The notes under the pieces were generated by a model, which saw only the letters and a program-made list of their open reading frames with translations, ran no database searches and had not been told where the DNA came from. Made by a program: the position numbers and the translations under genes. Shown here in pieces: positions 39,040 through 52,912 of a DNA stretch of 64,000 bases (the first letter of the stretch is position 1; each line of letters opens with the position of its first letter). This DNA is from Amoebophrya sp. A120 (Eukaryota; Protista; Dinoflagellata): assembly GCA_905178155.1 (NCBI GenBank), contig CAJINV010000001.1, positions 5,347,645 through 5,411,644 of the forward strand. Direction: 5' to 3'.

Positions 39040-42000
39040 TCACGTTGTGGTTGTCCTGAGACTTCTCTCTTCCGCCCCATCGGACGACTTCGACAGTGGC
39101 GCCTCGGCTATGCGCAGTCGTAGGTGTTCGGCTAAATTCTGGTCCGTTTGCGTCCGGCGAAACCGGTCCCGCGCGGCAAGCTGCATCTTGATGTGTTGCA
39201 CGATCATGCGGACGGCGCAGTTTTTTCGGATTCCGTCCATCTCCTGACCATTGTTGGGAATAATTATGTCCGCAAACTGCTTCGAGGGCTCGACGAAGTT
39301 CCGGTAGCTCGGGCGGACGAAACGGAGATATTGCTGCATCACACCCGAAAAATCCCTCCCTCTATGCGTGATGTCGCGCTCCAGCCGGCGGGCCAGCCGG
39401 ATGTCGCTGTCGCTGTCAATGAAGATTTTCATGTCCATTTCGTCCCGAATGTCCGCGGAAGCGGCGTAGATCAAAATACCCTCAACGATGATCACGTCCG
39501 CGGGCTCGAGCACCGCGCCGCCCGCGGTGCCGCTGGGCCGGACCGGCTCGGTTTGATCCTGCAGTTGCGCAAAATTGTCCTGTAGAGGCGGTAGAGGGAT
39601 GCGGCTGTGCGTGCGGAAGTCGTAGCAGGGCAAACGGACTCTGCGGTCGCCGCGCTTGAGCGTGACGAGGTCCGCGTGGAGTTCGTCCCAACTGAGCGCG
39701 TCAGGGTGGTCAAAATCGTATTCCCCTCTTGCGGCTTTTTGTTTCTTCTCCTCATTCAGGTCCTTGTAGTAGCTGTCACTGGGCATGAACGCTACGCGGC
39801 TAACTCCCTTCAACGAGTCCCGGATGATGTCGCAGACCGTGGTTTTCCCACTGCACGTGGCGCCGCACACGCCAATCACGTAGGGGCGGTGGTAGTCGGA
39901 ATACCGCGAAGCGTCGGACCCGCGCAGCGGCGTCTTCGGCACGCACTCGGCGATGTCGGCACTGATGACGGAAGCTTTGCTCAGCGGGCTGAAATCGTCT
40001 CGGCTTCTGCTGCGTCGGGACTCTGAGGTGGGTCTCTTCTCCGTGGGGGCGCGCAAAGTCGACGTAGACTGGCTCTGTTTGTCCGCCTGACTGTGCTCCC
40101 ACCCGCCGTGCCGTGCGTGCGGTTTGCTGTGCGGAAGCTCCAGCTCGGCCTCTCCCTCGGAGGAGGTTTTCAGCCCTGCGTCGCTCTTCTCGTCCTCGCC
40201 CTCGTCGTAAAACATAAGCGGTGCACTTAGACTGCGAACGCGCTGCGAAACGTGGTTCAACTCGTGCTGTGTTCTGGCTGCAGTTCGCCCGCGGACGCGA
40301 TAAGTCGGTATGCTATCCTGATTTCGCTTCGCTCTTCTCTCGACGCCTTGATGAAAACTACCTGCCTGCTCCCTTACAGTCCTCACGTCGCCTTCGGAAA
40401 AGTAGTTGTTTATTTCCACCGCATCATCGGCTGCTATCTCTACCTCACTTCCAATCCCCACTTCTTCCAGGTAGGAACTAGACGCAAGGTCGTCATCTTC
40501 GCTTTCTGCAGCTGCTGCCTCCTGTTCCCCTAACTCGACGCCCACGTCGCTCTCGTCGTCGACGCCCGTGTCATCGCGGTAGATAAACGCGTCGATGACC
40601 GGCGGTGGCAGCCGGTGGTAGATAAACGCATCGACTTCCGGCGGTACCCGAGGCTCGCAGTCCATCGTGGACTCAGACTCCGGGTAGAAAGACATCGGAG
40701 GTTGCTGGATCGTGGAAGCCCCGGTTGCAGCGGGTGTGTCATCAGCTATGTCTTCATCGGCCGCCGCAGTAACTTCTTCCGCCGCTGCTAATATCGCGTC
40801 AAGGTCCTCGTCGTTTTCTTCGTCTTGCGCAAGAACGGCCTCTGCATTAGCCACATCTTCATTCGGGCCACGATAAATGAACGCGTCGATCACTGCCGGT
40901 TCTTCGTCTTGCGCGGGAACGGGTTCCGCCTCTGCGATATCGGCATCAACCGCTTCCGCAGCTTCTTCTGCGGCCGCGAGGATTTCGTCGAGGCTCTCGT
41001 TTTCAGGTGCTATGCCTAATTCCGCGTCAACTATCTCTGTCTCTTCCTCTGCCGCCGCGATGAGAGCATCGATGCTCTCGCCTTCAGGGGCGATGGCGGG
41101 TGCTGCGACAGCAGCCGCTATTGCTTTCTCCTCGTCCTCCGCCGGCGCGACTGCTGGTGTAATATCCTCATCGTCTTTCGTGCGGTAAATGAAAGAGTCA
41201 ATTGCTGCAGGGTGGTCTGGAGTAGCATCAAACTCAGCCTGGTCGACGGGGACGACCGCGACAACTCCGCTAATGTCCTCATCCACTGCCTCCATAACTT
41301 CTTCCGCGGCTTTTAGAAGCGCGTCGACGTCGTCCTCATCTTCCTCCGGGTTTTCCACCTGAGACGCTGCGGTGCCAAAAGGGGCTTCTCGTCCTTCATC
41401 TTCCACCGCTTCCCCTTCGGGCGTTGCCTTCTTCCGGTCACTACTGTGCTGGTCGTTTCCTAAATGATGTCCCACATCGACGTCGCTCCGCGGCGTGTGT
41501 GTGTAGAACGGCCTATCCGATTCCGTTGGCTGGCCCTCGGTCGGTTGGTAAAAAAACGGCTCGGCTGCGCCGTTGTTTGGCGCTTTGTAAACCTCATCTA
41601 TTGTCAGGGGCCTACTCCTGTGATTCTCTGTGTAGTCGACGTCTTCTTGCTGTTCTTGCTGAGTAGTATCATCAACAACTTCCACCTCTTGCTTTATCGC
41701 GACAGCGGAGGTAGAGGACAACTTCACTGCATGATCGGCATCTGATGCAGTTGGGTTTTTATCCACCTCCGCAGGCTGCGTTTCAACGACTTCAAAAACC
41801 TCAGTACTATCTTTCTCTTCAACCCCAGTCACCTCCTCATCCACCGGAGCTCCTGCGCTTTCCCCCTCTGCCTCCAGCAGCGGCGCGCGCAACGCCGGTT
41901 CGAAGGACGAGGAGAACCGCCCGGGCCCGGACCCGCCCCGCAGCGGCTGGTAGCTGCCCAGATCGTCCTCCAGGTCCGCGGTCCCGCGGCTCACTGGACT

Positions 42001-45000
42001 GCTGTCCGCCGTGGTCAAGTTCGAACCAAGAGTCGTGCTAGTAACACCCGTTGCAGTAGGGGACGTCGTCGACCCCTTTAGCGCGCCGCTCTGCACGACC
42101 CGGATCATCTTTAGCAAGTGGTACGCTCGGTGCCATGGGTTGAGCGCAGACCTGCACAAAGCCCTACTGCGGTCGGCCAGCGCCCGGAAGTCCTGCGCGT
42201 CCTCGGGGTCGTCTTGGTCTAGACGGAGTTTTAACTCCTCCCCGAGCTGCGCGGAGGTGTGGATCAGTTCCGACATGTCATCTTGGTGCTCCACCAACTG
42301 ATCGGCGTCCTTCATAAGCTCCTCTACCAGTGTTTTCGCGGTCAAAACCTCGTCTTCCATCTTTTCCAAGTCCTGCTGCAGCTGGTTAGTGGTGTCTTCT
42401 TGTTGCGCGGCGCCGTGGTCCCTTGGAGATTTGTCAGATACCACTTGCTTCTCACCGCCCGATGCGTCGCCTAGTTCAACAACCTCCCCGAGCGTGCTTT
42501 GGAGTCTCAACTTTGCCATGCGCACCGCCAGTTCCCGATCGATTTCGTCGTCATCGATTCGTGATAAAGACTGCCGCAAGAGCTTCACATTCACAGTTTT
42601 CCTAAACTGCGCAGAAGAACTACCTTTGGTGATGTCCTCGCCTCCTTCCGGAAGTTCGGCTGAGCCGGCAACGGAGTTCAACATCCCCTTCGACCCGGCG
42701 GAGGGACTGCCGCGTTGGTCCAGCTCGGTACTAACCATGTTGTGGAGCACGGCGAGCTGGAGCATCATCTGCGGAAACCGACTGGCAACGTCCGACAACT
42801 GCTCGTCGTGGTCTTCGTCCTCTGCGTCCAGCCGAAGCGGCAGAGTCTTCGAGCGTCGGCGGAAATCTGGTTTACGAATTTATTGTAAAGGATTGGAATC
42901 TAAAAATGGTTTTCAGCCTGATGAATATGCAAACAGTCAAAGATCCAAAGTCATACTGTTGTAAAAATACCAAGTGCGGTGGTAAGAACAATCATCAAAA
43001 ATAACTCACCTGCTTCCAGCTGCTCCTGTTCGACCTGTGGGGTCTCCTCCTGTTCCTTCAAAACCTCCTCCACCGTCATGCCATGGTCTTCCGCCACTTT
43101 CTGTGCGTTTACCAACAACCGCTGCGACCGACGCATGTGCTCCACGTCGGCCTCGAACAGAGGCCGGTCGTGAAGATCTTCATGATGCAACTGCTCGCTT
43201 ACGTTGTCATACTCGGGACCAGCTGCACTGCTGGCGCCGAAGTTGAGCTGGTGGGAACCTCTCAGTTCGTCGACCCGTAAACCCATGAGCTCCGCAAGCT
43301 CCCTCAAATCTTGTTCGTGCTCCTGCTGCAAATCCAATCCCTTCTGCAGTCGCACATGCGCCCGATCCGCGTAGGAAATGTGCAACCGGCTCTCGGCGAA
43401 GTGGCGGGTTACCTGGGGCGCACGGGGTAGGACGCCCACGAGCGACTCATCCCCGTCCTGGAAAAATCCGCCGTCGCTGGGGTCGATGTAATTCCGTTGC
43501 GGGAATGCGGTTTCGCGGAGCTTCGTGCTGTCTGCGGAACCCAGTGAAGCAGATGAAATTTTGCTCTCTCCGATGGACAGAGGCTCGGCGATCTTGACTG
43601 ACTTCGGAGCTGTTTGTTGCTTATCCAGGTTCAAGAAGTTTGCGCGCACGGACGGTAGGAGATAAAAGGGTAGACTACTTACTGCAGATACTGGCTTCTC
43701 AACTGGCTCCATCTTGCCGCAGAAGACAAAATTAGCCCGCATCGAGGGCAGCAGGTCAAAAGGGACTCTGTCTAACAGTGCTGGTTGTGCCGCCGTGGAG
43801 GGAGATTTCGATGCGGCCGGGTGATGCTGGTGGTGTTCTCGTTTGTGGTGCTGATGGTGGTGGTTTGCGAGAATGTGGTGACGTGGTTTTTTGTGCGCTT
43901 CGTGTCGTGGTGTGTTTGTGTGCGCCTCTGAAGAGCCAAGCTGCAGAAAATTGCTTCGCACCGAAGGCAGAAGATCAAACGGGAGCCTGTCCAACAGGCA
44001 AGGAACAAACTTCTTTCGCACCATCACAGTGCGTGGCGTAGTTTTTCCCGATGAATGTGCACCCCCGATAATCTCCTTCTGCAGTCCCAGCCGCACAAAA
44101 TTCGCCCGCGTGGACGGCAGTAAATCAAACGGCAGGTCGTCTAAGGCGCACAATGCCAGCTCCGGTTCTTGCGCTGCGGAGGCTACTTCGTCATGTCGCT
44201 GAAGCCCAAGCCTGACAAAATTCGCCCGCACCGACGGCAACAAGTCGAAAGGCAGGTCGTCTAGCGGAGCCAAAACGAGAATCTTCTGCTGCAAATTTGC
44301 CAAAGATAATGATTCCTTCACATCGATGTTCTGCATTGCCTGGATCTTCGCCGCTGCCTCTGCTAAACTCATATCAACCAGTACCAAGTAGTTCGCCTTC
44401 GCCGAAGGCAGGAGGTCATATGGGAGCCGGTCTAGTAAGTACGGCCGCTGCTTTTCGTTTCTAATTGTCATGTCGGAAGCTTTTGGTGTTCCACTTTGCT
44501 GCTGAACATACGCCGTCATATCCCCCAACTTCAAGTAATTGGCACACGAAGACGGGAGAAGCTCGTAAGAAAGTGTTCCTAAGAGACACGGCTGCTGCGT
44601 TTGCGCATATTTTCTCGCGACGGTGCTGGCCGCTACAGGAGCTGCAAGTCGCTCTTGCACAAGAGCCGTCATATCACCCAACCGCAAGTAGTTCGCACAA
44701 GCCGACGGAAGGAGCTCGTACGGAATCGTTTCTAGCAGGGACGGAGCTGCTATGGGGGCGGCTGCTTCTTCATCAGCCAGCGTTGTATCTTCTTGCTCTA
44801 GCACCTCGAAGAATGATTTGTACTCTTCGAGAACGCTCGTCACCTCCGAGGCCCCAAAAGCCAGTGGCGCGCCGTAGTGCGAGCTACTAGCCTGCTCTCT
44901 TTGCGCCGCGGACTCCGGGACGATATCCATGCTGACGACTTCGTCATTTCTCGCGGTTGCAATCGCCGGGTACGTGAACGTTCTCTCCAACGCCTGCTCG

Positions 45001-48000
45001 ACTGCACCGGCCGCTTTGACAACGTCGGCTTTGATCTCTTGGGCCACCGACGTGGCTGTCGCACTACTCGCCGCTTGTGGAGCTGCGTCTTGCTTCGGTG
45101 GCTGTTGTACCGAGGCCTTGGCCGCAACAACACTGGCTGCAGCCGGAGCGGGAAAATTGCTTGCTTTCCCTTTGCCCTTGGTCTCGACCATGGGTTTTTC
45201 GTCACTTTTCGTCGTGTCCGCTGGTGGTGCCTTGGCTGCCATGGCCTGTATCCTCTTTGCTAAAAACTCCGCTTTTACCGCGGCGTTGGAGTTGTTGTTT
45301 TTCGCCGCTGCCGCGGCTTTTGACGCGGCGTAAGACCCAGCCCCTGCTATGGTAGGGGACGCGGCTGCTGCAGCGGGAGGTTTACCTAAAACTACTGCAG
45401 AGGCCGCACTGCTTGCTGCAGTTGTGGCCGCCTTGGACGCGGCATACGAAGTCGCTCCGGCGATGCTTGGGGACGTGGCGCCAGAACTTTTCGCCAGGGA
45501 CTTGGACGCCGCGTACGAGCTTGCGCCTGCTATGGAGGGCGACGTGGCACCACTCGTTCCACTTTTGGCCGCAACTACGGGCACGACTGCACCGGATGAT
45601 GCAGCCGGCTTCGCCGCTTCTCCTTGTTTTGGGGCCGCGACAGAAGTTGCGTCTACCACTTCCAGCACCGAGGTGAGCTCCATGGGCACGGGCTCTTGCT
45701 CAATCGGCGTCGCGACCACCGGCGTTGGGTCAACGCCAATTTGCGAAACGGGCATCATGAACACATCCTCATCCAGATCCTCTGCTTTGGTCGACGCGTT
45801 CTGAGCTTGTTCCGTGGTCGCCTTGCTCGGCATACTCGCTTTGCTCGGGACGACGTCGACAGAAAGTTTGCTCGGTACTCCTTCTACCGCCTCCGCAGCA
45901 ACGGGCGTGCGCTTCTCCATGGCAGACTCGCCACTGAGTGTCCGGCCGTTCATGGTCATGACGATCACCGGTGCGTTCTCGACCTTGATTTGGGGTTGTT
46001 CGATCACTTCAATCTTGATTCCCTCGTCCTTCTCATTCACCGCCGCCGAGGAGCTGACGTCTTTGGACAGCACGCTGATCGGCGTCGCTATGTTCATCTC
46101 GACCACGTTCCCGTCCGTCGGTCCCAGCGGCGTGGCGATATCGTGCGTCTCCACCACCCGCGGGGTGCTAATGCTCATGGCTATGACCTTATTGCCCTCC
46201 CCGGGGCCGCGGGGTGTGGACATGTCGAAAGTCGCAACTGGCAGCTTCGTGGCTTCTGTAGCGGATGATGATGTTTTTGGCTCTTCCGTCTTAGCCGGTA
46301 AAATCGCTGCGGCCGGTTTGGAAGTTATCGCCGCAGGTGCTGGTGCCGGTGCTGGCGCTTCATCGGTTTCCTTCGGCACGACAGGTGGCACGACGCCTGG
46401 ATTTGCGTCTGGCATCTCCACATCTGAAACAAGAGTCTCGGTAGGCCTCTCAGGCTCCTTACCCGCGGTCGCGTCCTGGCTGGACGGCACTACGGCGGCT
46501 GCTTTTAGAGGCTGAACTGACGCCGCAGGTCCTTGAAGCGTTGCAGCTGAAGTGGAAGCCTTCTGCTCATTCTGAGAATTGTCTACGGCAAGTAGAGGTG
46601 GTGCTTGCACAGCTGGAGCCTTCTCTTTCTCTACGATCTTAGCCGCGATTGGCGCTGCAGCGGCTGGTTGAGGGGTTGTTTCTGTTTTCTTCGGAGGTAC
46701 ATCCTCCGTATGCGACAGTGCAGGAGTTTTGATTTTCGGAGGTTCCTCTTTTTTCGGTTCCTGTACGGGAAAGCCGTGTTGCACAACCTGATCCGGTGCC
46801 GCTACGGTGACTACAGCTGCAGGTGGTTGTTGCAGCTCGTCTTGCTGTATTTCCTCCGTGTCTGATTGAACCTGTGGTCGTGTGTTAGATTCTTCTTTCT
46901 GTAGTGCGTCTACTATTGGCTGCACAAGTGGCGCAGCCTGTGTCATTGACAGCTCGTCCCGCGGTGTGCTGGTCCTGCTCTCTTGTTTCGGCAGCGTGGT
47001 AGAAACGACCTGCGGTTGCACTACAGGGACGGCGACCGGTCGCGGCGGCGCGGAAACTGTAGCTGCAACTGCTGGCGGAGAAACCGTAGCAGCCTCCACT
47101 TTAACTTCCGGCGCTTTTGGCTCCCCAGTCGGCGGAGTTATTTCTTCTTCCGCCAAAACGGATATGCTGGCTGCGCTGTCCGACTTCTCCAGGCCGTGCG
47201 CTAACACCTGCAGTGCGGTTTTCACTTTCTCTTGCACTTCTTCCGGCGCAAAGTTGACCAACGTCATTTGCCGACTGTAAAATCCTTGCTTCAAGTTATT
47301 TTGCACCTGCGCCAGCATTTTGCTAACCCCCTGGATCCCAACCCTTTCCCGCAAAGCATACAAGTCCTGGTGCCGGTCCAGCAAGGCTTTTACGTCGTGC
47401 GCCGCGTGCTTCTGCGGACCCGCGTCGCCACCTGCGATCGTCGTCGCCTTGCTGCTCACCGGGGACGCAGCAAGACTGGCGATACTCGCGATGGACGCTT
47501 TGCTGCCCTGTTTTGACGGCGGCGGGGGCAGTTTGGTGAAGTAGGGCCCCCGCTTCGTCCCCCGCACGCTGTGACGCAGTTTTCCCCACAGCTCCTCCCG
47601 TTTTGGTATTTTCAGCGGTGGTTTCGCCGCTATGACCTCCGGGTCCTCCTCCAAGTTGCTGGATTGTCTATGGCGCTTCCGCGTCTCCACATGCGTTTTT
47701 CTGCTTTTCAGCAAATGCATTTTGTCGTGCTTCTCCAACTGCATTGCCTTAGCCCCCTCGTCGTCACTGGCGTGCGTGTCCTCGTCGTACTTCAAAAGTC
47801 CGACGCGATTGGCCAGCGCGGACGGACAAAACCGATAGCTGTCACCGCGCCGGTGCAGCCGCCGCAGCAGATCTTCGTTTTCGAACACTAGATCGCTATG
47901 CGCCTTTTGCAAGTGCTCGAGATAGCTGGCGACTAATGGCTGCACCTCCGGGTCCCGTAACTGCTGTACGGACGACAACGCTGCAATCGTTTCCCGCGAC

Positions 48001-48323
48001 AAGTTCTGTACCACGGACTGCCGCGCGGAGCTGCTCTTTGCTTTCGCGACCGCATCCAGTGCGACGCTCGCCCGTGGGTGCAGAAGAACCGTGGTCCGGC
48101 GAGTTGAAGTGGTGCCATTATTTTCATCACCCACGAGAAAGTCCGGCTGTGACACGTCCGCGTAGTCGTCCAAGAACTGCAAGTAGCCCGCGACAAACAC
48201 CGCGACTTCGGCGCTTTGCTGCTTCACCCGGTCTTCCTCCTCGGGTGAGTGGAACTGCTGCTTGTCGAGGTGCGGACGCTGCAGGTTTAAGACCCCGTCG
48301 AGGTACTTTTCCGTCGCCCGCAT
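39040..48323 (-). CDS. Giant (~3046 aa) repeat-rich protein with C-terminal uridine kinase domain; GT-AG intron 42867-43009; further 5' exons possible
   Basis: GCAG|GTGAGT...AACCAG|AT joins the 1790-aa and 1252-aa ORFs in frame. Kinase motifs PYVIGVCGATCSGKTT...YDFDHPDA...EPSKQFADIIIP lie at ~39890-39260. Confidence 0.85.
43625..44745 (-). repeat. Eight dispersed ~21-aa protein repeats LLDxLP[FY][DE]LLPSxxAN[FY]LxLG
   Basis: Read directly from the 1790-aa ORF translation. Confidence 0.9.
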
Positions 48324-49282
48324 GGTGCGTGGATCGGCACCTAGAAACTTCTAAATCGTCGAAACCAGGGATGGCACAGGACAGCGCGACGTGGTACTAT
48401 TTCACAACTGACCCGCCGCATGGGCGAGTGCGATCAATTACATACTGGTAAAAGGGGGTACTTGCCGACTAGCCCGGCAGAAAATGGTTTACCAGAATGA
48501 GGGCAGATCAAGATCTTGGGGAAGAATAATACAGCAAAATTCAAATAGATGAATCTACTGCGCAAGTAAAAACGAGATCAGTCTAAAGGGTAGAAGTGGT
48601 ATTTACGCAGTGCAAGTGTTGTCCTGAGCAGGTAAGATACTTAGGGGTGCTAAAGCGAATACGCAGTCCGACAACCGGCCATGAAAACACTTTAAGTTTG
48701 TACGAGTTCGCGAGTTTTGCACCAGAACGAACGTATGTCCGACTTCCAGACTCATACTGCACGAAGAACCGAGGAAAATGAGGCTTCTGCTTTCCTTGGC
48801 GAAAATTGCACGACCGAGAGGAACGATTGCGTTGTAAAAAACTACGTATTGGTACCGATCCACCATGAAAAACGTTGTCAACAGGCACAACCGATCCATC
48901 TTTCATTTTGTCATGAGATTGGCTGTCTCACTTTCAGGCAGAACGAGCACGAGGACAAACACCAAATAAAAGCACGACTCGAACAAGCATCGCAGTATTT
49001 GCAGGACCGCGACGAGAAGTGCGTCGTCCGCTTGGTTGCGTTGTTTCATCAGGTTGTGTACATAGCATCTTTTTTTTCGCGCAATTTGTAGGGAGCCCAC
49101 GAGGACGAACTTCGCAGGTTCATAGGTACAGGTCCGAATGACATAATCATACAAAGCTCTTGCGTGAAACTCGTAGTACACATTGATGTTGACAAACTTT
49201 CATTTATAGTGAAACACTTTCAAGGAGTACAAAGACGATTTTTGTCAAGCTAACTATAGAGCCGAAAATCCGCCTCCGCATC

Positions 49283-50471
49283 TTACAAGAGCGCAAACCC
49301 GAACAGCCCCGCGGCGCCCGCCAACGCCGCAAAACCGATCGCGTGCACCGAGCCCGCCGCCGCCGAAGTGGTAGTGGGGCAGCTGCTCTGGTCCGGCAAC
49401 GCGGTAATCCCCGAGGCGACATTGTTCCCGTTCGCATCGTAGCAGGGGCACCACTTGTGGTACAGAAAACTCCCCGTCGGCATGTTCGCGGTCGGCCGCG
49501 TCGTCCCGACGTCCAGCTGCACCAGGTTGCAGGTGTCACTGCAGGTGCTGTAAAGCGATCTGCATTTCGCCAGCGTGACCGCGATTTCGGTGCCACTCGC
49601 GTCCTTGTCCGGGCCGAAGCAGCCAAACGTGAACGGCGCCTTGTCCTGCACGTGGTAGTGGTAGACCGACGCCCCGGAGGAGTCTGGGTTAACCCCAAAG
49701 TGCCCGCCGCAGGCGTCTAAATCCGTCGGGGTCGCGCCGGTGGACTCGTACTTGCCGTACAGACCGAGCTTTGCGAGGGAAGCGGAGCTCCCGGTCGGAA
49801 ATTTCTCTTCACCGACCTTGGTCGAGTGCCCCGTGGCCGTGGTGTCGTAGAGGCAGGAGAGCTTTTCGTGGAAGTGGTAGTCAGCGGTGTGCCCGCCGCA
49901 CTCCCGCAGCAAGGAAATGTAGTTGCCGCTGTCCCATCGGGGCAGGGTCACGCCGCAGTCCTTCGCGACCACCGCCTCCGCGGTGTTGGTGTCGATTCCC
50001 CCGGCCACGTACCCCCGCCCGGTAGCGCACCCGAGACCTGCGAAGAGTGACATAATGGTGATGTCTCGAAGTACTTGTTGAGTTGTCAATCGGAAACAGG
50101 TATAGAACCGTTTTACCACGCGGAAAAGAACTAACAATCTACCATGCTGAATCAAGACACACCAGTACAGTACCGGAAAGAATGTTGTCTTGCTGAGAGG
50201 AAAACCCGGCTTCAAAGGGTCCGTAGATGTTTTCGCCGACGACCAGATTCGTTTTGGACGTGGCAGTGCCCGTGTTGTCCGTGCCCGCGGCGGTCGTCAG
50301 GCCTACATCGTTCAAGCAGGACGCGGGGCAGGGCTTCGTCGTACACGCCACAGTGGGGCAGCCGCCAGCACCCATTCCGCCTGCAGCGCCCGTTTTTGGG
50401 GGCGGCTGGGCGTACGTCAGGTGCACTGCGCTGAACGCGAGTACGAGCGGCCGCGGCAGGAGGAACATCAT
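49283..50471 (-). CDS. Secreted, probably GPI-anchored YHYH-domain protein (~350 aa); GT-AG intron 50038-50173
   Basis: Signal peptide then QPPPK; ECGGHTADYHFH; LDACGGHFG..PD....YHYH; hydrophobic C-terminal tail. Confidence 0.8.
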
Positions 50472-51186
50472 GGTCGCACTGTATGTTGCAAAAGGATGGT
50501 GACCGACTTCAAGACCCGACGAAAACAAAATCTGCGAAAAAAAATGTTTCTTCAGAGAACAAATAAGGACAGTGGAGCAACAGAAGTACTACTTAGGTGC
50601 TTACTTACTCAATCGTAGCGCCGAGAAATAGAGGGAGACGGATCTAAAAGGACAGCGATACTTCGCCAATAAAAACGGGTCTTCTTCTAATCGATCTTCT
50701 CATCGGCCCTGTGATTGTTTATTTCAAACGCAGAATAGTACACCGAAGACCTTCCGAGACCACGTAACCCCTAGATATCGGCCACAGAAAAACTACCGAA
50801 GTGATGAGGATGGCAAGATATTTGCGCTGCAAAATATTGGAACACGCACGCTCAAGGCTCCTACGCACTTACCGAGGCTTCTGTAACTCGCCAGTAACTA
50901 ATATCGTCAAGAAAGGCCTACTTACACATGTGAAACGCATCGGATTGACCGGAAACTAGTCTGTTGAGAAACATTTTTTTCCTGCGGATTAACCACAACC
51001 CCTTGACGATTTTGCACGCTAAGAGGCTGTTATTGTAGTTTTCTTTTCATGTGCATAGAAGATTCATAGCAAGCACTGATATGCAGACACAGGCTCCACA
51101 ATTTTACATTGGTCTTTTCTTTTCCACGGCGTTCCTCGTTTCTGTTCCTACTCCTCGCGAAGGCGAAAATGAATCTGCGGACACAA

Positions 51187-52401
51187 CTACAGCAACTGCA
51201 ACAGCAGAACGGTGCCGAAAAAGAAGCTGAGCACCAGACTTGCCATTTTCTCCGTCGCGAAGGCGTCCGACGACGCCGCTGTAACTCCTGCCGCCGACTG
51301 CATGACCCCGGTTGCCTTCATGTGTTTGCAGTAGGGCACACCAGGAAACCCAGGCTTGCCGTTGGTGTCCACATTTAGCACATAAACGTACATACCATTC
51401 GGGAACTCGGGCGTTTTTGTCCAGCGCCCGCCGCACTCGTCCACTCTCCCGGTATTTGTGTCTGTCGTTGCATCACAAGCCCAGTTACTGGCCACCGCAC
51501 GCTGCGCGTCCGTGGTGCACGCCAAACCGCTGACCGTACACTTATACCCGGTGTCGATCCGAACAATAATGGATGACACGTCGTTTCCGTCAGTATACCC
51601 ATAGGGCCCGTAGATCGGGAACCCGTCAAACGCCCAGCCGTAAATCTTCGAGTGCGGAATAGAACCGCCGGTCAACGTCCCGGATTCGCCGTGTAAGCAG
51701 GGGGAAAATCCGTGATAGTGGTACCGGTTATTCGCCGGGTGGCCCCCGCACGTATCTAACGTCTCGTCGTACGGCGCCAGCGTTCCGACTCCGGTATAGG
51801 GGCTGAAGATCACGACGCCGTCCACCGCCCAACCCACCATGTTCGTGATTATCTCCCGCGACTTTGTCGAGGGCTGTTTCGAGAACACTTGCGTGTAGCT
51901 ACTGGACGTCGTGCCAATCATCGGCGGGGTGTTATGTGACCCCGCGGCGGAACAGTAGTCCTCCATGTCCTTGGCGGCAATCCCCTGCGCCGCTAACGTG
52001 TAGTCAGTTGCTCCGGTTGTGAACGTGACCCCGGTATAAGATTTCGCCTCCGCCGTTTGGCTCGCGCCGGCGCCGCTGGTGCAAAAGGTTGCCGCGATTG
52101 GCTGGTTCGTGCCGACGTTGGTGGTCCACCAGGAACCGTAGTAATTCGCCGTGCTGTTGTTCAGCACACCGGAGTTGTGGGTCGTGAAACCGGACAGGGA
52201 AGCGACAACCTGCGCATCGGTAATGGCGTAGTCGGCGCAGAACCCCATCGGCGGCGCGGTGCAGTTCGCGTAGTCGCCCCACATGGTCACGTGCGCATTC
52301 TGGGAGCTGGCGCCACCCGCTTTGCCTCCGGGTTTTGGCGGCGGCTGGGCGTAGGCTGGCGGGGTGAGGACGGCAATGAGAAGAACGGCGATCCGAGACA
52401 T
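51187..52401 (-). CDS. Secreted, probably GPI-anchored YHYH-domain protein (404 aa)
   Basis: Signal peptide then QPPPK; GWAVDGVVIF, LDTCGGHP..RYHYH, HSKIYGWAFDGFPIYGPYG, DECGGRWTKTPEFPNGMYVY; hydrophobic tail. Confidence 0.9.
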   Translation of the reverse strand: MSRIAVLLIAVLTPPAYAQPPPKPGGKAGGASSQNAHVTMWGDYANCTAPPMGFCADYAITDAQVVASLSGFTTHNSGVLNNSTANYYGSWWTTNVGTNQPIAATFCTSGAGASQTAEAKSYTGVTFTTGATDYTLAAQGIAAKDMEDYCSAAGSHNTPPMIGTTSSSYTQVFSKQPSTKSREIITNMVGWAVDGVVIFSPYTGVGTLAPYDETLDTCGGHPANNRYHYHGFSPCLHGESGTLTGGSIPHSKIYGWAFDGFPIYGPYGYTDGNDVSSIIVRIDTGYKCTVSGLACTTDAQRAVASNWACDATTDTNTGRVDECGGRWTKTPEFPNGMYVYVLNVDTNGKPGFPGVPYCKHMKATGVMQSAAGVTAASSDAFATEKMASLVLSFFFGTVLLLQLL

Positions 52402-52912
52402 CTTGTGGGTATAGACTTTAGGTTTTGCAAACGAGGTGAAGGTATCTACTTTTCTTCGCTTGGGGTACTTCGACGGGTGGGGTTGGGCTGTGCATTATAT
52501 TTGACGAAACTAGTTCAAAACCAAAACGATCAACGTGCTAAGGCAATGCACCCTTTAGTACTGTCTGCCCGAACAACCAGTTCTCAACACATCTGTCTCG
52601 ACCCAAATCCAGTATTTTCCGCACTCAGGGAGTCGAAAGACCACAGAGTTGAACAGGCACGGAGATTGAAGAAAACATCGCAGGAGCCGTTTCGGTCAGC
52701 GCGTTTTTCCGAATCCTGAACCTCACGTATTTGTTTTCGTCTGATTGAATCAAGCTAGATCAAGTCTGTTCCCGTAAAGTCATTAGTAGTAGAATAATGG
52801 ATGATCTACCGCGGCTGCACATGCCATTTCCTGACATGGGCCCGCGGTAGCAGATGACGCCTTCATTTTTGAGATTGTACACGGACTGCTCCTTTTCCTA
52901 TAGGTAAAATTA

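Noticed and set aside
48340-49200. Possible extra 5' exon(s) or a small gene upstream of the giant kinase
   Set aside because: An AG acceptor-like site exists near 48341, but no convincing exon could be assigned.
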